Below are positions 1 to 16,113 of a stretch of 64,000 nt of DNA, one piece after another. A program made the position numbers and the translations under genes. The stretch lies in assembly GCF_009914755.1 (NCBI RefSeq), contig NC_060938.1; one strand, written 5' to 3'. The notes under the pieces were generated by a model that was given only the letters and a program-made list of their open reading frames with translations, was not told the DNA's origin and made no database searches. This DNA comes from the human T2T-CHM13v2.0 reference genome, Homo sapiens. How positions within the stretch are numbered: position 1 is the stretch's first letter; each line of letters starts with the position of its first letter.

Positions 1-2210
1 ATTACTATTTGCATGGAGTATCTTTTCTCATTTCCCCGCTTTCACCCTGTATTTGTCCTTAAAGCTGAGTGTCTTACAGGCAGCACATGGTTGGATCCTG
101 TTTTTTAATTCATTCAGCCACTCAATGACTTTTGGTGATGGAATTTAATCCATTTATATTTAAAGTAATTAATAATAGGTAAAGACTTACTATCGTCATT
201 TTGTTCGTAGTTTTTTTCATTCCTTTCTTCTCTTGCTGTCTTCCTTTGTGATTTGATGATTTTTTTGTAGTGCTATGTATTTATCTTTTGTGTATCTACC
301 ACAGGCATAACTTGCAGATATTGCAGGTTTACTTCCAGACCACTGCAATAAAGTGAATATTGAAATAAAGAAAGTCACACAATTTTTTGTTTTTCAAGTT
401 AACATAAAAGTAATGTTTACACTGTAATGTAGTTTATTAAGTGTGCAACAGCGTTATGTCTAAAAAAGCAATACATATACCTTAGGTAAAAAACACTTTA
501 TTGCTAAAAAATGCTAACAATCACCTGAGTCTTCAGCAAGTTGTAATCTTTGGCTGATAGAATGCCTTGTCCCAATATCGGATGGCTACTCACTGATCAG
601 GGTGATAGCTGAAGGCTGGAGTGACTGGCAATTTCTTAAAATAAGACAATGAAGTTTGCTGCATCTGTTGACTTCCTTTCATGAAAGATTTCTCTGTAGC
701 ATGCTATGCTGCTTAATAGCTTTTTATCCACAGGAGAGATTGTTTTTACAATTGGACTCAATCCCCTTAAACTCTGCTGCTACTTTATCAGCTAAGTTTA
801 CGGAATATTCTAAAGTCTCTGTTGTTATAATTTCAACAACATTCACAGCATCTTCATTAGAAGTAGATTCTAATCTCAAAAACCACTTTGTTCATCCATA
901 AAAAGCAACTTCTCATGCATTCCAGTTTTATGATGAGATTGTAGCAATTTAGTCAAATCTTCAGGCTCCACTTCCAATTCTAGTTCTCTTGCAATTTTCA
1001 CCACATCTACAGTGACTTCCTACACTGAAGTCTTGAACTCCTCAAATGATCCATGAGTGCTGGAATCAATCTCTTACAAAGTCCTGTTAATGTTGATATT
1101 TTGATCTCCTCCCATGAATCATGAATGTTCTGAATGGCATCTAGAATGGGTGAATCGTTTTTATAAGGTTTTCAGTTTACTTTTCCAAGATCCACCAGAG
1201 AAATCACTATCTATGGCAGCTATAATCTTGTAAAATGTATTCCTTAAATGATAAGACTTGAAAGTCAAAATTAACTCTTGGATCCATGGGCTGCAGAACA
1301 GATGCTGTGTTCGCAAGCATGAAAACAACATGAATCTCCTGGTTCATCTGCACCAGAGCTCTTGAGTGACCATGTACATTGTCAATGAGATGTAATTTTA
1401 AAAGGAACCTTTTTGTAAGCAGTAGCTCTCCAAAGTGGGCTTAAAATATTCAGTAAATCATGCTGTATACAGATGTGCTATCATCCACGCTATGTTGTTC
1501 CACTTATGGAGCACAGGCAGAGTAGATTTAGCATAATTCTTAAGGGCCCTAGGACTTTTGGAATGGCAAATGAGCACTGGCTTCAACTTAAAGTGACCAG
1601 ATGCATTAACCTCTAACGAGAGTCAGCCTGTCTTTTGACGCTTTTAAAGTCAGGTATTGGCTTGTCTCTAGCTATCAAAGTCCTAGATGGTATCTTCTTG
1701 CAATAGAAGGCTGTTTTGTCTACACTGAAAAATCTGTTGTTTACTGTAACCACATTCATCAATGACCTTAACTAGATCTTCTGCAGCTTCCACGACAGCA
1801 CCTGCTGATTCAGCTTGCATTTTCAGGGAGGTGACTTTTTTCTTTAAACCTCATGAACCAACCTCTACTAGCTTCAAGCTTTTTCTCCTGCAGCTTCCTC
1901 ACCTCTCTCAGCCTTCACAGACTTGAAGAGCATTAGAGCCTTGCTCTGGATTAGACTTTGGATTAAGGGAATGTTGTGGCTAGTTTCATCTTCTATCCAG
2001 ACCACCAAAACTTTATCAGTAATAAGGCCATTTCCCTTTCTTATCACTCATGTGATAGATGGAGTACCACTTATACTTTCTTTCAAAAACTTTTCCTTTG
2101 CATTCACAACTTGCCTGTTTGGTACAAGAGGCCTAGTTTCTGGTCTATCTGGGCTCTTGAAGTGCCTTCCTTATGAAGCTTAATCATTTCTAGCTTTTGA
2201 CTTGGAGTGA

Positions 2211-2582
<372 letters not shown>

Positions 2583-2764
2583 TAGGGATTTGGGCAGCTC
2601 AATGTGAGGGCAAGAAATGGGGGAAGGGCTGGTCCGTAGTCAGAACACACACACAATTTATAATTAAATTAGCTATTTTCTACAGGTGTGGTTCGTGGGG
2701 CACCAAAATGATTACAATAGTAACATCAAAGATTACTGATAACAGATCATATCAGATATAACAA

Positions 2765-2948
2765 GGGTGGGCTCAGTGTGGTGGTTTACATCTGTAATCC
2801 AAGCACTCTGGGAAGCCAAGGTGAGGATCTCTTTAGCCCAGGAGGTGAGGCTGCCATTACCCATGATCATGCCACTGCACTCCACCCCGGGTGTCAGAGC
2901 AAGACACTGTTTCTAGAAAATGACGACGACAACAACAAGAACAACAAA
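2765..2948 (+). mobile_element. Partial or monomeric old Alu inside Tigger1
   Basis: Alu 5' motif, the gccactgcactcc segment and an (AAC)-rich tail. Confidence 0.7.
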
Positions 2949-3224
2949 GATATAACAAGAAACACAATGTGAGCACATGATATTGGACAAATGGTGCCAA
3001 TATAGTTGCTTGATGCAGGGTTGCCACAAACTTAATTTGTAAAAAAAACATAATATCTGTGAAGTGCAATAAAATGAATCATAACAAAACAAGGTATGCC
3101 TGTATGTGTTTTTGCTGTATGATTACCATGTGGTATATATAATAGTGCATTTTAAGATAATAATATAATTGTATGCAAAAACTGTACACATTTGCTCCTG
3201 CATACGTTGCTACTGATGTTCTAA

Positions 3225-3599
<375 letters not shown>

Positions 3600-5027
3600 T
3601 AACATTTATATCAGAGTTACAGTGATTTATTAACCAGTAGTACAATACAATATTATTCTCTATTTGTTTATATATTCACTAGTGAGTTTTTTACTGTCAT
3701 ATGCTTTGTGTTATTTATTGTTCCTTTGTTTCATGTTGAAGAACTCCCATTAGCATTTCTTGTAAGGCAGTTCTAGAAATGATTAAACTCCTTTAGCTTC
3801 TGTTTATCTGGTAAAATCTTTCACTCCATTTCTGAGGGATAGCTTTGCTGGGTACACTATTCTTGGTTGACAGTTTTTTTTTTCTTTTCTTTCAGCGCTT
3901 ATCTCACTTACCTTTATGTCTTTGATTTTTGACAATTTGATTATAATATGTGTTGGTGTAGACCATTTTGGGTTCATCCTGTTTGGCACTCTTTGACCTT
4001 CATGAATCTGAATATCCATTTCCCTCACCAGATTTGGGAAATTTTCACTCATTATTTCTTGAAACAGCTTTCTGCTCCTTTTCTACTTCTGGGTTGTCCA
4101 TTCCTTATCTTTGCTTGATTGAATTCCACAGCTTCACTCCTTTTCATTCTTTTTATTTTGCTCTGCTAATTTGATAATTTCAAAAATGACCTGTTTTCGA
4201 TTCTTTCTTCTGCTTGATCGATTGTCAGCTGCTTATTGAACTCCTGTAGTCAATTTTTCGGTTCAGTTACTGTATTCTTCAGCACCAGTATTTGTTTCTT
4301 TTTTATTGTTTCCCTTTGTTAATATCCTTACTTTGCTCATATATTCTTTTCCTGATTTCATTTAGTTTTCTACCAGTGTTTTCATGTAACTCAGTGAGCT
4401 TCTTTAAGAGGATTAATTTAAATTCTTTGTAGGTAATTAATACATCCACTTTTTTTTAAATTGGTTACTAAAGAATTATTTTCTTCCTTAGATTCTGTCA
4501 TGTTTTCTTGATTTTCCATGTTCCTTGTATGGCTGCATTGTTGTCTGTGCCTTTGAAGAAACAGTACTTTTTCCAGTCTCACAGAGTACTGTTTGCTGTA
4601 GAGGGTACCCACTCATTTCCCTTTATTCCTAGTTGTCACAGGCATCCAGGCTCCACCAGTCCTTTAGTAGGTGGCATGAATTGAGATGGAAACGAGCCCT
4701 TTGGGTACCACACTGAAAGGTTAGAGACAAGGCTCACTTCATTTCCCTCCTAAAGGGAAAGGTTCCAAGCCTTTTCCCAATCTTGCAGAACAGTGCCATC
4801 TGTAGGAGGCCACTCACCCTTCTTTTGTTCTCAGTTGTTTCAGGCATCTGGGCTCTATCAGTTTTTCAGCACTGGATATGAGGTGAGACAGAAATTGGCA
4901 GGGGTGCACTGAAATGCCAGGAGGCCAGATGGCCAAGTGCAAGCTCCATTCTTTCCTTTCCCAATGTGGGAGAAGTCATGGGTGATTCTCTTTGCTCTGA
5001 ACTAAGCTAGTTTGCGGGAGAAGCTGA

Positions 5028-5445
<418 letters not shown>

Positions 5446-5557
5446 CAAGTATTGTTATCTTGATGTTTCTATGGGAGAGCAAAGGCTAGGACTTCCTACT
5501 CTGTCATCGTGCCCTCATGACAGGATTTTTGAGTATGTGAAAAAATACATGATATAA

Positions 5558-5979
<422 letters not shown>

Positions 5980-6111
5980 TCAAATTTTCTATTATTACAA
6001 GCACATATTACTTAAGAACTCAGAAAAACATGTCAAATTTGCTTTACATAGCCTTTAAGTTCATAAGAACTTAATTTACTTCAAAATCGTTAAAAAAATT
6101 AACAAACTGCA

Positions 6112-6580
<469 letters not shown>

Positions 6581-8024
6581 TTACAGTATGGTTCACAATA
6601 CATGCACAAACTTTCCCTATATATGTAATGAGAGATATACTTTTAAAGCCAGAAGATTTGTGGGATTATCGAATTCATTCCTCTCCTGTTGTAGATGAAG
6701 AAATTGAAGTGACCTGTTTCAGACTACAACACTAAAGTACAGCAAGGTAGAGAATCGAGGTTTTAACTTCCACTAAGTGATATTTCTTGTAATTAACCCA
6801 GGTGTTTGAATACAATGCTTTCATTCAAGTGATAGGAAAAATTATAACTCACGTATTTCAGAGCAGTATAGGATGAACATTTGCAAAAAACGCTTTTAGG
6901 TACTTATTTTTCAATTCAAAATGAAAATGTATTAAGTGATATGGAAAACAGTAACTTTAAAAGTTAGAAAACCATAAAAAAAATGACAACTCAAGGGCAG
7001 CTTTCAAATACATGGTGTTGAAATTAGATTATAGACCACATGGTAAAGCCAAGGAAACTGCATATAGCCTCTAGGTGGCTCATTATTGTTTCAGATAGTA
7101 AAGAGACTGAGAAGAACATCTAGGCAGCAACACTGGAACAGAACCTACTGGGCTGTGGTAATAAACAGATGTCTCATTTTGAGGCCAGGAGACTACACCA
7201 GTAATAAATAAGGGAATTGTGCTACATAATCCTTTTAATTAAGGTGAACTCAGTAACCTGAGTTTATTTACTCATTCATTTATTTATTGTTGAATAGCAA
7301 GTGAACTAAAGAAATCAATAGGGTTATTTCCCGCAGAATGTCCACAAATAACACTTGCTTAAAAGACATGTAACAAAAAATACTGGAAAAATATTACAGT
7401 TGGCTAGAAAGTTTCTTCTTTCATCTTAATTCTTCAAATTAATGTACTTTGATTCCTTTGGTAATACTGATAGGATATAAGCTATTTACTAGTCCCTATG
7501 TAAATCCTAAAATGTGTTGTGAAATATCACAAAGTCATAAACAGTGCTTGATAATCTTTCTAAAGCATGCAAAAGGCCATATACTATCATCAAAAGAGAA
7601 TGAATTTCTTCTACTTAATTTTGTCCTTAACAGTATTTTTAAAAGTAATGAGTTCCAGATCTCGAGCTAAAGCACATCCTTAAGCACTTACAACTTAGAA
7701 ACAGCCTACAGACTGCTCTCCTACTTTTTGCTTATTTAATTACTAAAATATGTATATTGTGTGCCAATGACATGAAAAGTTATGGTGGTTAAGTTCTAAA
7801 TATCTGTGGGCTTATTAGATTCTTGGAGTAGAAATAAAGGTTTTAAAAATAAACTTGGTTTTAAAAATCAGATGATACCAAGGAATTACTGATAACTCTG
7901 TTATCAATGGTATTGTGGTTATACATAGAAATGTCCATAATTTTCAGACCTGCATACTTTAGTAAAGGTAAAATGGCAATGATATCTGGGAATTGCTTTA
8001 AAATACTTCAGTGCAGAAGAAAGC

Positions 8025-8402
<378 letters not shown>

Positions 8403-9396
8403 CTAGTTTTAGTGTGTGTTAAAAATTTCACAAGTAAAATTAGAAAACAAGGCAGTCACTTCTCTAATTGTGGAACCCTAATAATTTCACTTACTCTGTG
8501 CTTCAGTTTCACCATCTGTAAAATAGAAATAATAGAGAAGCCTAACTCCTAGAGTTGCTGAATACTGCTGTTAATATAGGAAAGCTGGTTTAGGATTTTA
8601 GGGGATGTCAAGAACACATCCACTCCGCCCTCTGAAGCATGGCACTATGAACAGGCATTACCCAGCCCTGTGACCCTGGTGGTGACTCCTGTGGTCTATG
8701 TGTAGATTCTAATAGGACATCGGTATGAAGGTGGGTGGCTTGAGAAGGTGGCATTAAGATCAAAGACTCTTGCCTCAGGTGACTATGTTTCTTCTTTTCC
8801 TTGAACAAAAATTCTCCTTTTGAGGTTTTGAAAAGTAGGATTCATTTTTGAAGTTACCAGCAACAGTTGAATAACAAACCAGATTAAAAGGTAGCCCAAC
8901 TCTGGCCCTTATTTCTTCCCTTTTTTTGTTCACCTTAAGGAGTATACGTGATGAGCAGCTACATGGAAAGACATATTTACCTTGGTCTAGTACCACAGGT
9001 GATTAGACCACTGATTTGGATGCAAGGGGAGGGAAAAATCAGCATAGGGAGTACCACTGGCTTCTTCCTTTCTGCTCAGTCCTACCACATATGGACTTCA
9101 TATGAGTCCATAGCTCATATGAAGGTTAGACCTAGGCAAATTTCAGGGCATAATGAGTTTATACGAAGCAGAAAAGTCAAAGAGAAAAAAGAAGAAAAAT
9201 AAAAATTTCAGGTGACCATAGTAAGGAAGACCACAAAGTTTCTGGGAGCAATTAAACAGACTAACCCAAATTTATATAACATGATATGAACAGAACACTG
9301 CTGTACAAGTGCTTGGTGATAAATGAGTTAAACAACAAAGTAAGTTATGTTTTCACATAATAAACTGTATCCAAACCCTAGCTATTTGAGTACAAA

Positions 9397-9397
<1 letters not shown>

Positions 9398-9431
<34 letters not shown>
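9398..9431 (+). repeat. (CA)17 microsatellite
   Basis: Direct read. Confidence 0.95.
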
Positions 9432-9438
<7 letters not shown>

Positions 9439-9588
9439 GCACGAGTAAGAATAACCAAAAAGGGGAAAAATATTTTTAGATGTATTTAGGGAATAGCAAT
9501 TAGAAGGGCATTGTAATGTTAGAACATCATATCTAATTCTTTGTACTTTATTCCACTTCTAGAAAACCTCCAGATAAAAATAAATACA

Positions 9589-9905
9589 GACCAGGCACAG
9601 TGGCTGACGCCTGTAATCCTAGCCCTTTGTGAGGCTGAGGCAGGTGGATTGCCTGAGCTCAGGAGTTCGAGACCACCCTGGGCAACATGGTGAAACCCCG
9701 TCTTTACTAAAAACACAAAAATTAGTCAGGCCTGGTGGCGTGTGCCTGTAGTCTCAGCTACTCGGGAGACTGAGGCAGGAGAAGTGCTTGAAGCTGGGAG
9801 GCGGAGGTTGCAGTGAGCCAATATTGTGCCACTGTGTTCCAGCCTGGGCAACAGAGCTAGACTCCATCTCCAATAAAATAATAAAACAAAAAACAAAATA
9901 AACAG
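9589..9905 (+). mobile_element. AluS
   Basis: Full Alu body with A-rich tail. Confidence 0.9.
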
Positions 9906-10254
9906 AATCATACTACTCATCACTTCTGTTGCTCATGCCCTGGTCTAAGCCACCATTACTTCTTGCCTGGATTACTGCAACAATCTCCTAACTCTGCTCA
10001 TTGCTTCCACCCTTGCCCTACTACAAGCTATTCCCAACACAGTAGCCAGACTGTTCCTTTTGAAATGTCAGATCACATCACTGTCTTTGCTCAAAACTCT
10101 CTGATGACACCTCATCTAAGAGTAAAAGTCAAAGTCCTTACAAGAGCCTCACAAGTGCCTACAGATTTCCTTATCACCTTCCTCCTTACCTGGCTGACTT
10201 CTTCTACATTTCATTGCTTTCCATGCTGTGTCTTTTTCTTTTTTCACCCTTCAT

Positions 10255-11420
<1,166 letters not shown>

Positions 11421-11429
11421 TTTAAAAAG

Positions 11430-11711
11430 TTAAAATAACTTTTATTTTAGAATCTGGGGGCACATGTACAGGTTACAAAGGTATATTGTGTAATACTGAG
11501 GTCTGAGGTAAAAATGAATCCATCACCCAGGTAGTGAGCATAGTATCCAACTCTTACCCTGCTGCCTCCCTCTCCAGTCTTGTATTCCCCAGTGTCTATT
11601 GTTTCTATTTTTATAACTACGTGTACTCAATGTTTAGCTCCCACTTATAAGTGAGAACATGCGGTATTTGGTTTTCCGTTTCTGTGTTAGCTTAGGATAA
11701 TGGTCTTCACC
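11430..11711 (-). mobile_element. L1PA/PB 3' end fragment
   Basis: ttagctcccacttataagtgagaacatgcggtatttgg motif. Confidence 0.8.
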
Positions 11712-12385
11712 ATGCTGTCTCTAAAACATGCCAGTCATACTTGCACTACAGAGCTACTCCACTTACTGCTACTTCTGTCTGGAATCACTTGCCCCAAAGA
11801 GACACCTGGCTTGCTCCCTCCCTACCTTCAAATACCACTTCAGTAGTTGAGACCCTCCTTAACTTCCCTATTTTAAATAGCAACACTCCTAAGTCCACCA
11901 TTCCCATCTCCCTTCACTGCTTTATATTTCTTCGTAGCATATATTACCAACTGAGATACTGTAATTTCACTTAACGTGTTTTCTGTCTTCTTTTCCATAA
12001 GAAAAAGCTCTATGATGGCAGGGCCTTTTGATTATTGCTATATCTCCAAATACTAACACAGGGTCTGGCATTCAAAAATATTTGTTGAATAGTGTATTTA
12101 CCTTAGTTTATAAAAAAAATTAAAGTCTATTTAGCTACATCTCACACACCACAAATTTAGGGGGCAGACCAGTTTTCAGTTACATTATACATTAGGAATC
12201 CCTCTGAAACAACATATTTTCCCAGAAAACTAAAAATCCCATTCTCAATTATTTCTTTGACGTAGTAAATAGAACCAGTGGAAAACCGCAAAATGCAGCT
12301 ACCTTATATGAGAGTTAATATAGCTAAGTCTAATTAGCTGTGGAAACAGAAAATAGAAAACATACAACTTAAGTATGTATGTTAA

Positions 12386-12674
<289 letters not shown>

Positions 12675-13323
12675 GTTTATTAAAATTCCACTGAAATGAG
12701 ATATCTTGTTTTCTATACTGCACAAGAATTTCCTTATGAATTAAACAACCATCACAATTTTTTATTGTCTTATTATTCTTCTCAGACTCCTGTTAGGACT
12801 GTTTAGCACAATTGTGACCCAGTGCTTGAGATTTCAGGCCTGATGACCTTGTTCTCTCTTCTGTGGGTCAGAATTGGGGAACTTCATCTATGGTAGTAAA
12901 CTTTGTTAAGTTTCTTTTCATTCCAGAGGATCCAAAATTATTTCTTTGATTTAATACACAGGAACAATAGAAAAATGCAAAATGCAGCCACCTTAAGAGT
13001 TATTACAGCTAAGAAGAATTAGTTATGGAAACATAAAAGAACATGGTTCTTTAAAAAGATGCTCTTAAAAACATTAAAATCTTTTCCAATGCCATAAAAG
13101 AGATAATGACATATAACTTTTTTCCTTTTTTAAATTAATAAAAGCTAAAATAATCCACCATCATTGCATGAAATTCTCTTGGGCTGGTTCTATTCTTCTT
13201 AGTCCACTTTCAGTATCATGTTTTAACATCCACATTATACTCTTTTAATAACATTATTTCCTTTCCTCAAAAATGCTAATGAACGGTCATAGCCAAATCA
13301 AACGAACACAAATAGTTTAGAGA

Positions 13324-13515
13324 TGTGTTGTCCAGTAGTTTTCTTCTATGGATGGAAGTGTACTATTCTTTGTTGTACAATATAGCAGTCACTAGCCATA
13401 TGTGACTATTGAGCGCTCGAAATGTGGCTAGTGGAACTAATGGGGTCTTTAATTTTATCTATTTAAAATTTAAATAGCTATCTGTAGCTACTGGCTGCCA
13501 TATTTGACAGTACAA
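13324..13515. mobile_element. MER3 (hAT-Charlie MITE)
   Basis: cactagccatatgtgactattgagc...aaatgtggctagtg and tgtcca termini match the recalled MER3 consensus. Confidence 0.75.
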
Positions 13516-13869
13516 CATTAGAACCCAGAAATAAATAACCGGCCTATAACAGTACTCCTTATTAGCTTTGGGACCCATTAACCAGAAGTTATTTCCCAGA
13601 ACTTACAATTCCATCTAAGAATTACCATCCCCTAATCTAAGAATAACTACCATCCCCAAATCCCGAAGGTTACACACAAAAGGTGTATTTAAATAAAATG
13701 AACACTTACGGTTGTTATTTAACATGCTATTTTTAAAAATTATTTATTTATTTATTTTTTATTTTATTTTTTCATATTTATTTTTTTAACATGCTATTAA
13801 AAGATAATTTTAACAATAATAAGGACAAGAAAATCGAGTGAGAAAGAAATGATGAAAAAATATTGTTTT

Positions 13870-14620
13870 TTCCTTTTGTCTTACTACCCACATCTAACTG
13901 GTGAGTACTCTGGGCTATACTTCCAAAATCCATCCACTTTTTTTCATCTCTCCTGCCTCCATCATAGTTCAAGCTACCATCATCTCTTGCTTAGAGTACA
14001 GTAAAAGCTTCCCAACTTGTCCCCCTACTTTCTCTCTTGGTCCCTAAGTCGCTCATAAAATGGCCAGGGTGATTGTCTTAAAATGCAAATGATATCACAT
14101 TATTCTTGTCCTTAAAATTTTTTTCAGTGACTTCTTCTATCCTTGGAATATATTCCAAACTTCATTAAATAAGCCTACCTAACCCCAATTCTTCCTTCTT
14201 CTACTTCTCAGAACTCATCATGGCATCATTTTCATCCTCACTTGCCACAGCCCTGTCACACTTTCTTTTCCACTGCTCGAACAGACCAAAAATTTGTCTG
14301 GCTCAAGACCTTAGCGCTTACTGTTTCTTGTGTGTGGAATGCTATTTGCTCAGATCTTCAGATGGGCAACGCTTGTTATTCATGCTGCAGCTCAAATATC
14401 CTTCTCAAAAGAGGTTTCCCTGACACTTTACCTAATGTTGCCACCTAGTGACTATTACATCCTTCTGTTTTATTTTCAGATTTTATTTTCACAACCTGAA
14501 ATAATCCTTCTTTCCTTTGTCTACTTGTTTCTGTCTTCCTTCCTCCTCTAGAATGACTCCGTGAGAACGGGAAGCGTGTCTTCCCCGCCTGGCACATAGT
14601 ACGCTCTCAATAATTGGAGG
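13870..14620 (+). mobile_element. L2 fragment
   Basis: Ends in gcctggcacatagtacgctctcaataa, an L2 3' end. Confidence 0.7.
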
Positions 14621-15269
14621 AAAAAACCCTAGATTTTCTATAACTATCATTTTAGCTCCTAAATAAATTGGTCAAGTTTGGTGAACTCTCCCAAGGCTGC
14701 CTCAGAACTAACAAATTAAAATGGAGATATTTAATCACTCCACTCAAAAGCTGCTTAACACCCTCATTTAACACAGTCAAAAAATTTTAACTTTTTTTTC
14801 CTTGAGTTTTACACCCTATTCCATCTATCAGTTGCCAATACAGCTGTGGAATAAAAAGTCCTAAAACCTCTCATAACAGCCTTCCAGGAGGTTAGTTTCT
14901 TTAGCTTTCCTTCTCAGTAACTTTGAGGCTATCCCTAAGGAGCCTCTTTTTCAGTTTTTAGGTAAGGAGCCTGCTGGGAATGCAGTGTCACAGGAAACTA
15001 ATTCTTGAACAGGGCAGATTGGTCACAGGCCCAGTATATTTTAATATATTTATTCTGTAAATGGCCTTTTTAAAGTAAATAATAACAAAGTAAACTCTCA
15101 GAGATGAAACATTGTTAGACATATTTATTATACTACCACAGGAGAAATATTTCAAGAAAAATAAGGCTAAAAACTGTTGGAGATAATACCTTCAAGGCAT
15201 TTTCTACCATCTTAGGTAGTAATCTGAAATGTCCAGGGAATTTTTAACCCATTTTAAAATGCATTTTTA

Positions 15270-15565
15270 GGCAGGGTGCAGGGGATCACACCTGTAATCC
15301 CAGCACCTTAGGAGGCAGAAATGGGAGAATCATATGAGGCCAGGTATTAGAGACCAGCCTGGGCAACACAGTGAGATCCTGTCTTTACACAAAATTAAAA
15401 AAATATATATATCAGCCAGGCATGGTGGTGCATGCCTGTAGTCCTAGCTACTAGGGAGGCTGGGGTGGGAGGATCATTTGAGCCCAGGAATTTGAGGCTG
15501 CAGTGAGCTATGATCATGATTGCTCCATCCTGAGTCACAGAGCAAGACTCTGTCTCAAAATATTT
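15270..15565 (+). mobile_element. AluJ
   Basis: J-type positions (tttgaggctgcagtgagctatgat). Confidence 0.88.
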
Positions 15566-15814
15566 TTAAATGTCTTTATTATTGTTTCTTGGTAGGAAAC
15601 AATACAAAGGTAAGATTCTCCTTCACTGTGCATGCCAAATCAACAAGACCCAAATCTAAGTATTATTAATAGATCCTTTTTAACTTACAGGATATATAAG
15701 CAGACACAGTCATGAAATGGTCAATCTACATACAAGCAGTTAGAGCTGTACCCAGAATCTTAAAAAGAAAATCAATCTTGTACAAAATTTCTCTGGTCTG
15801 TTACAATATGCATT

Positions 15815-16113
15815 CTTTTTTTTAAAATTTTTTTTTGAGACGGAGTCTGGCTCTGTCACCCAGGATGGAGTGCAGTAGCACGATCTCTATTCACTGCAAC
15901 CTCTGCCTCCTGACTTCAAGCGATTCTACTGCCTCAGCCTCCTGAGTAGCTGGGATTACAGGCATGCACTGCCACACCCGGCTATGTATTTTAAAAGAGA
16001 TGGGGTTTTGCCATATTGACCAGGCTGGTCTCGAACTCCTGACCTCAAGTGATCCACCCGTCTCGGCCTCCCAGAAAGTGCTGTCATTACAGGTGTGAGC
16101 CACCACCCCTGGC
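15815..16113 (-). mobile_element. AluS
   Basis: Antisense Alu with T tail. Confidence 0.9.
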
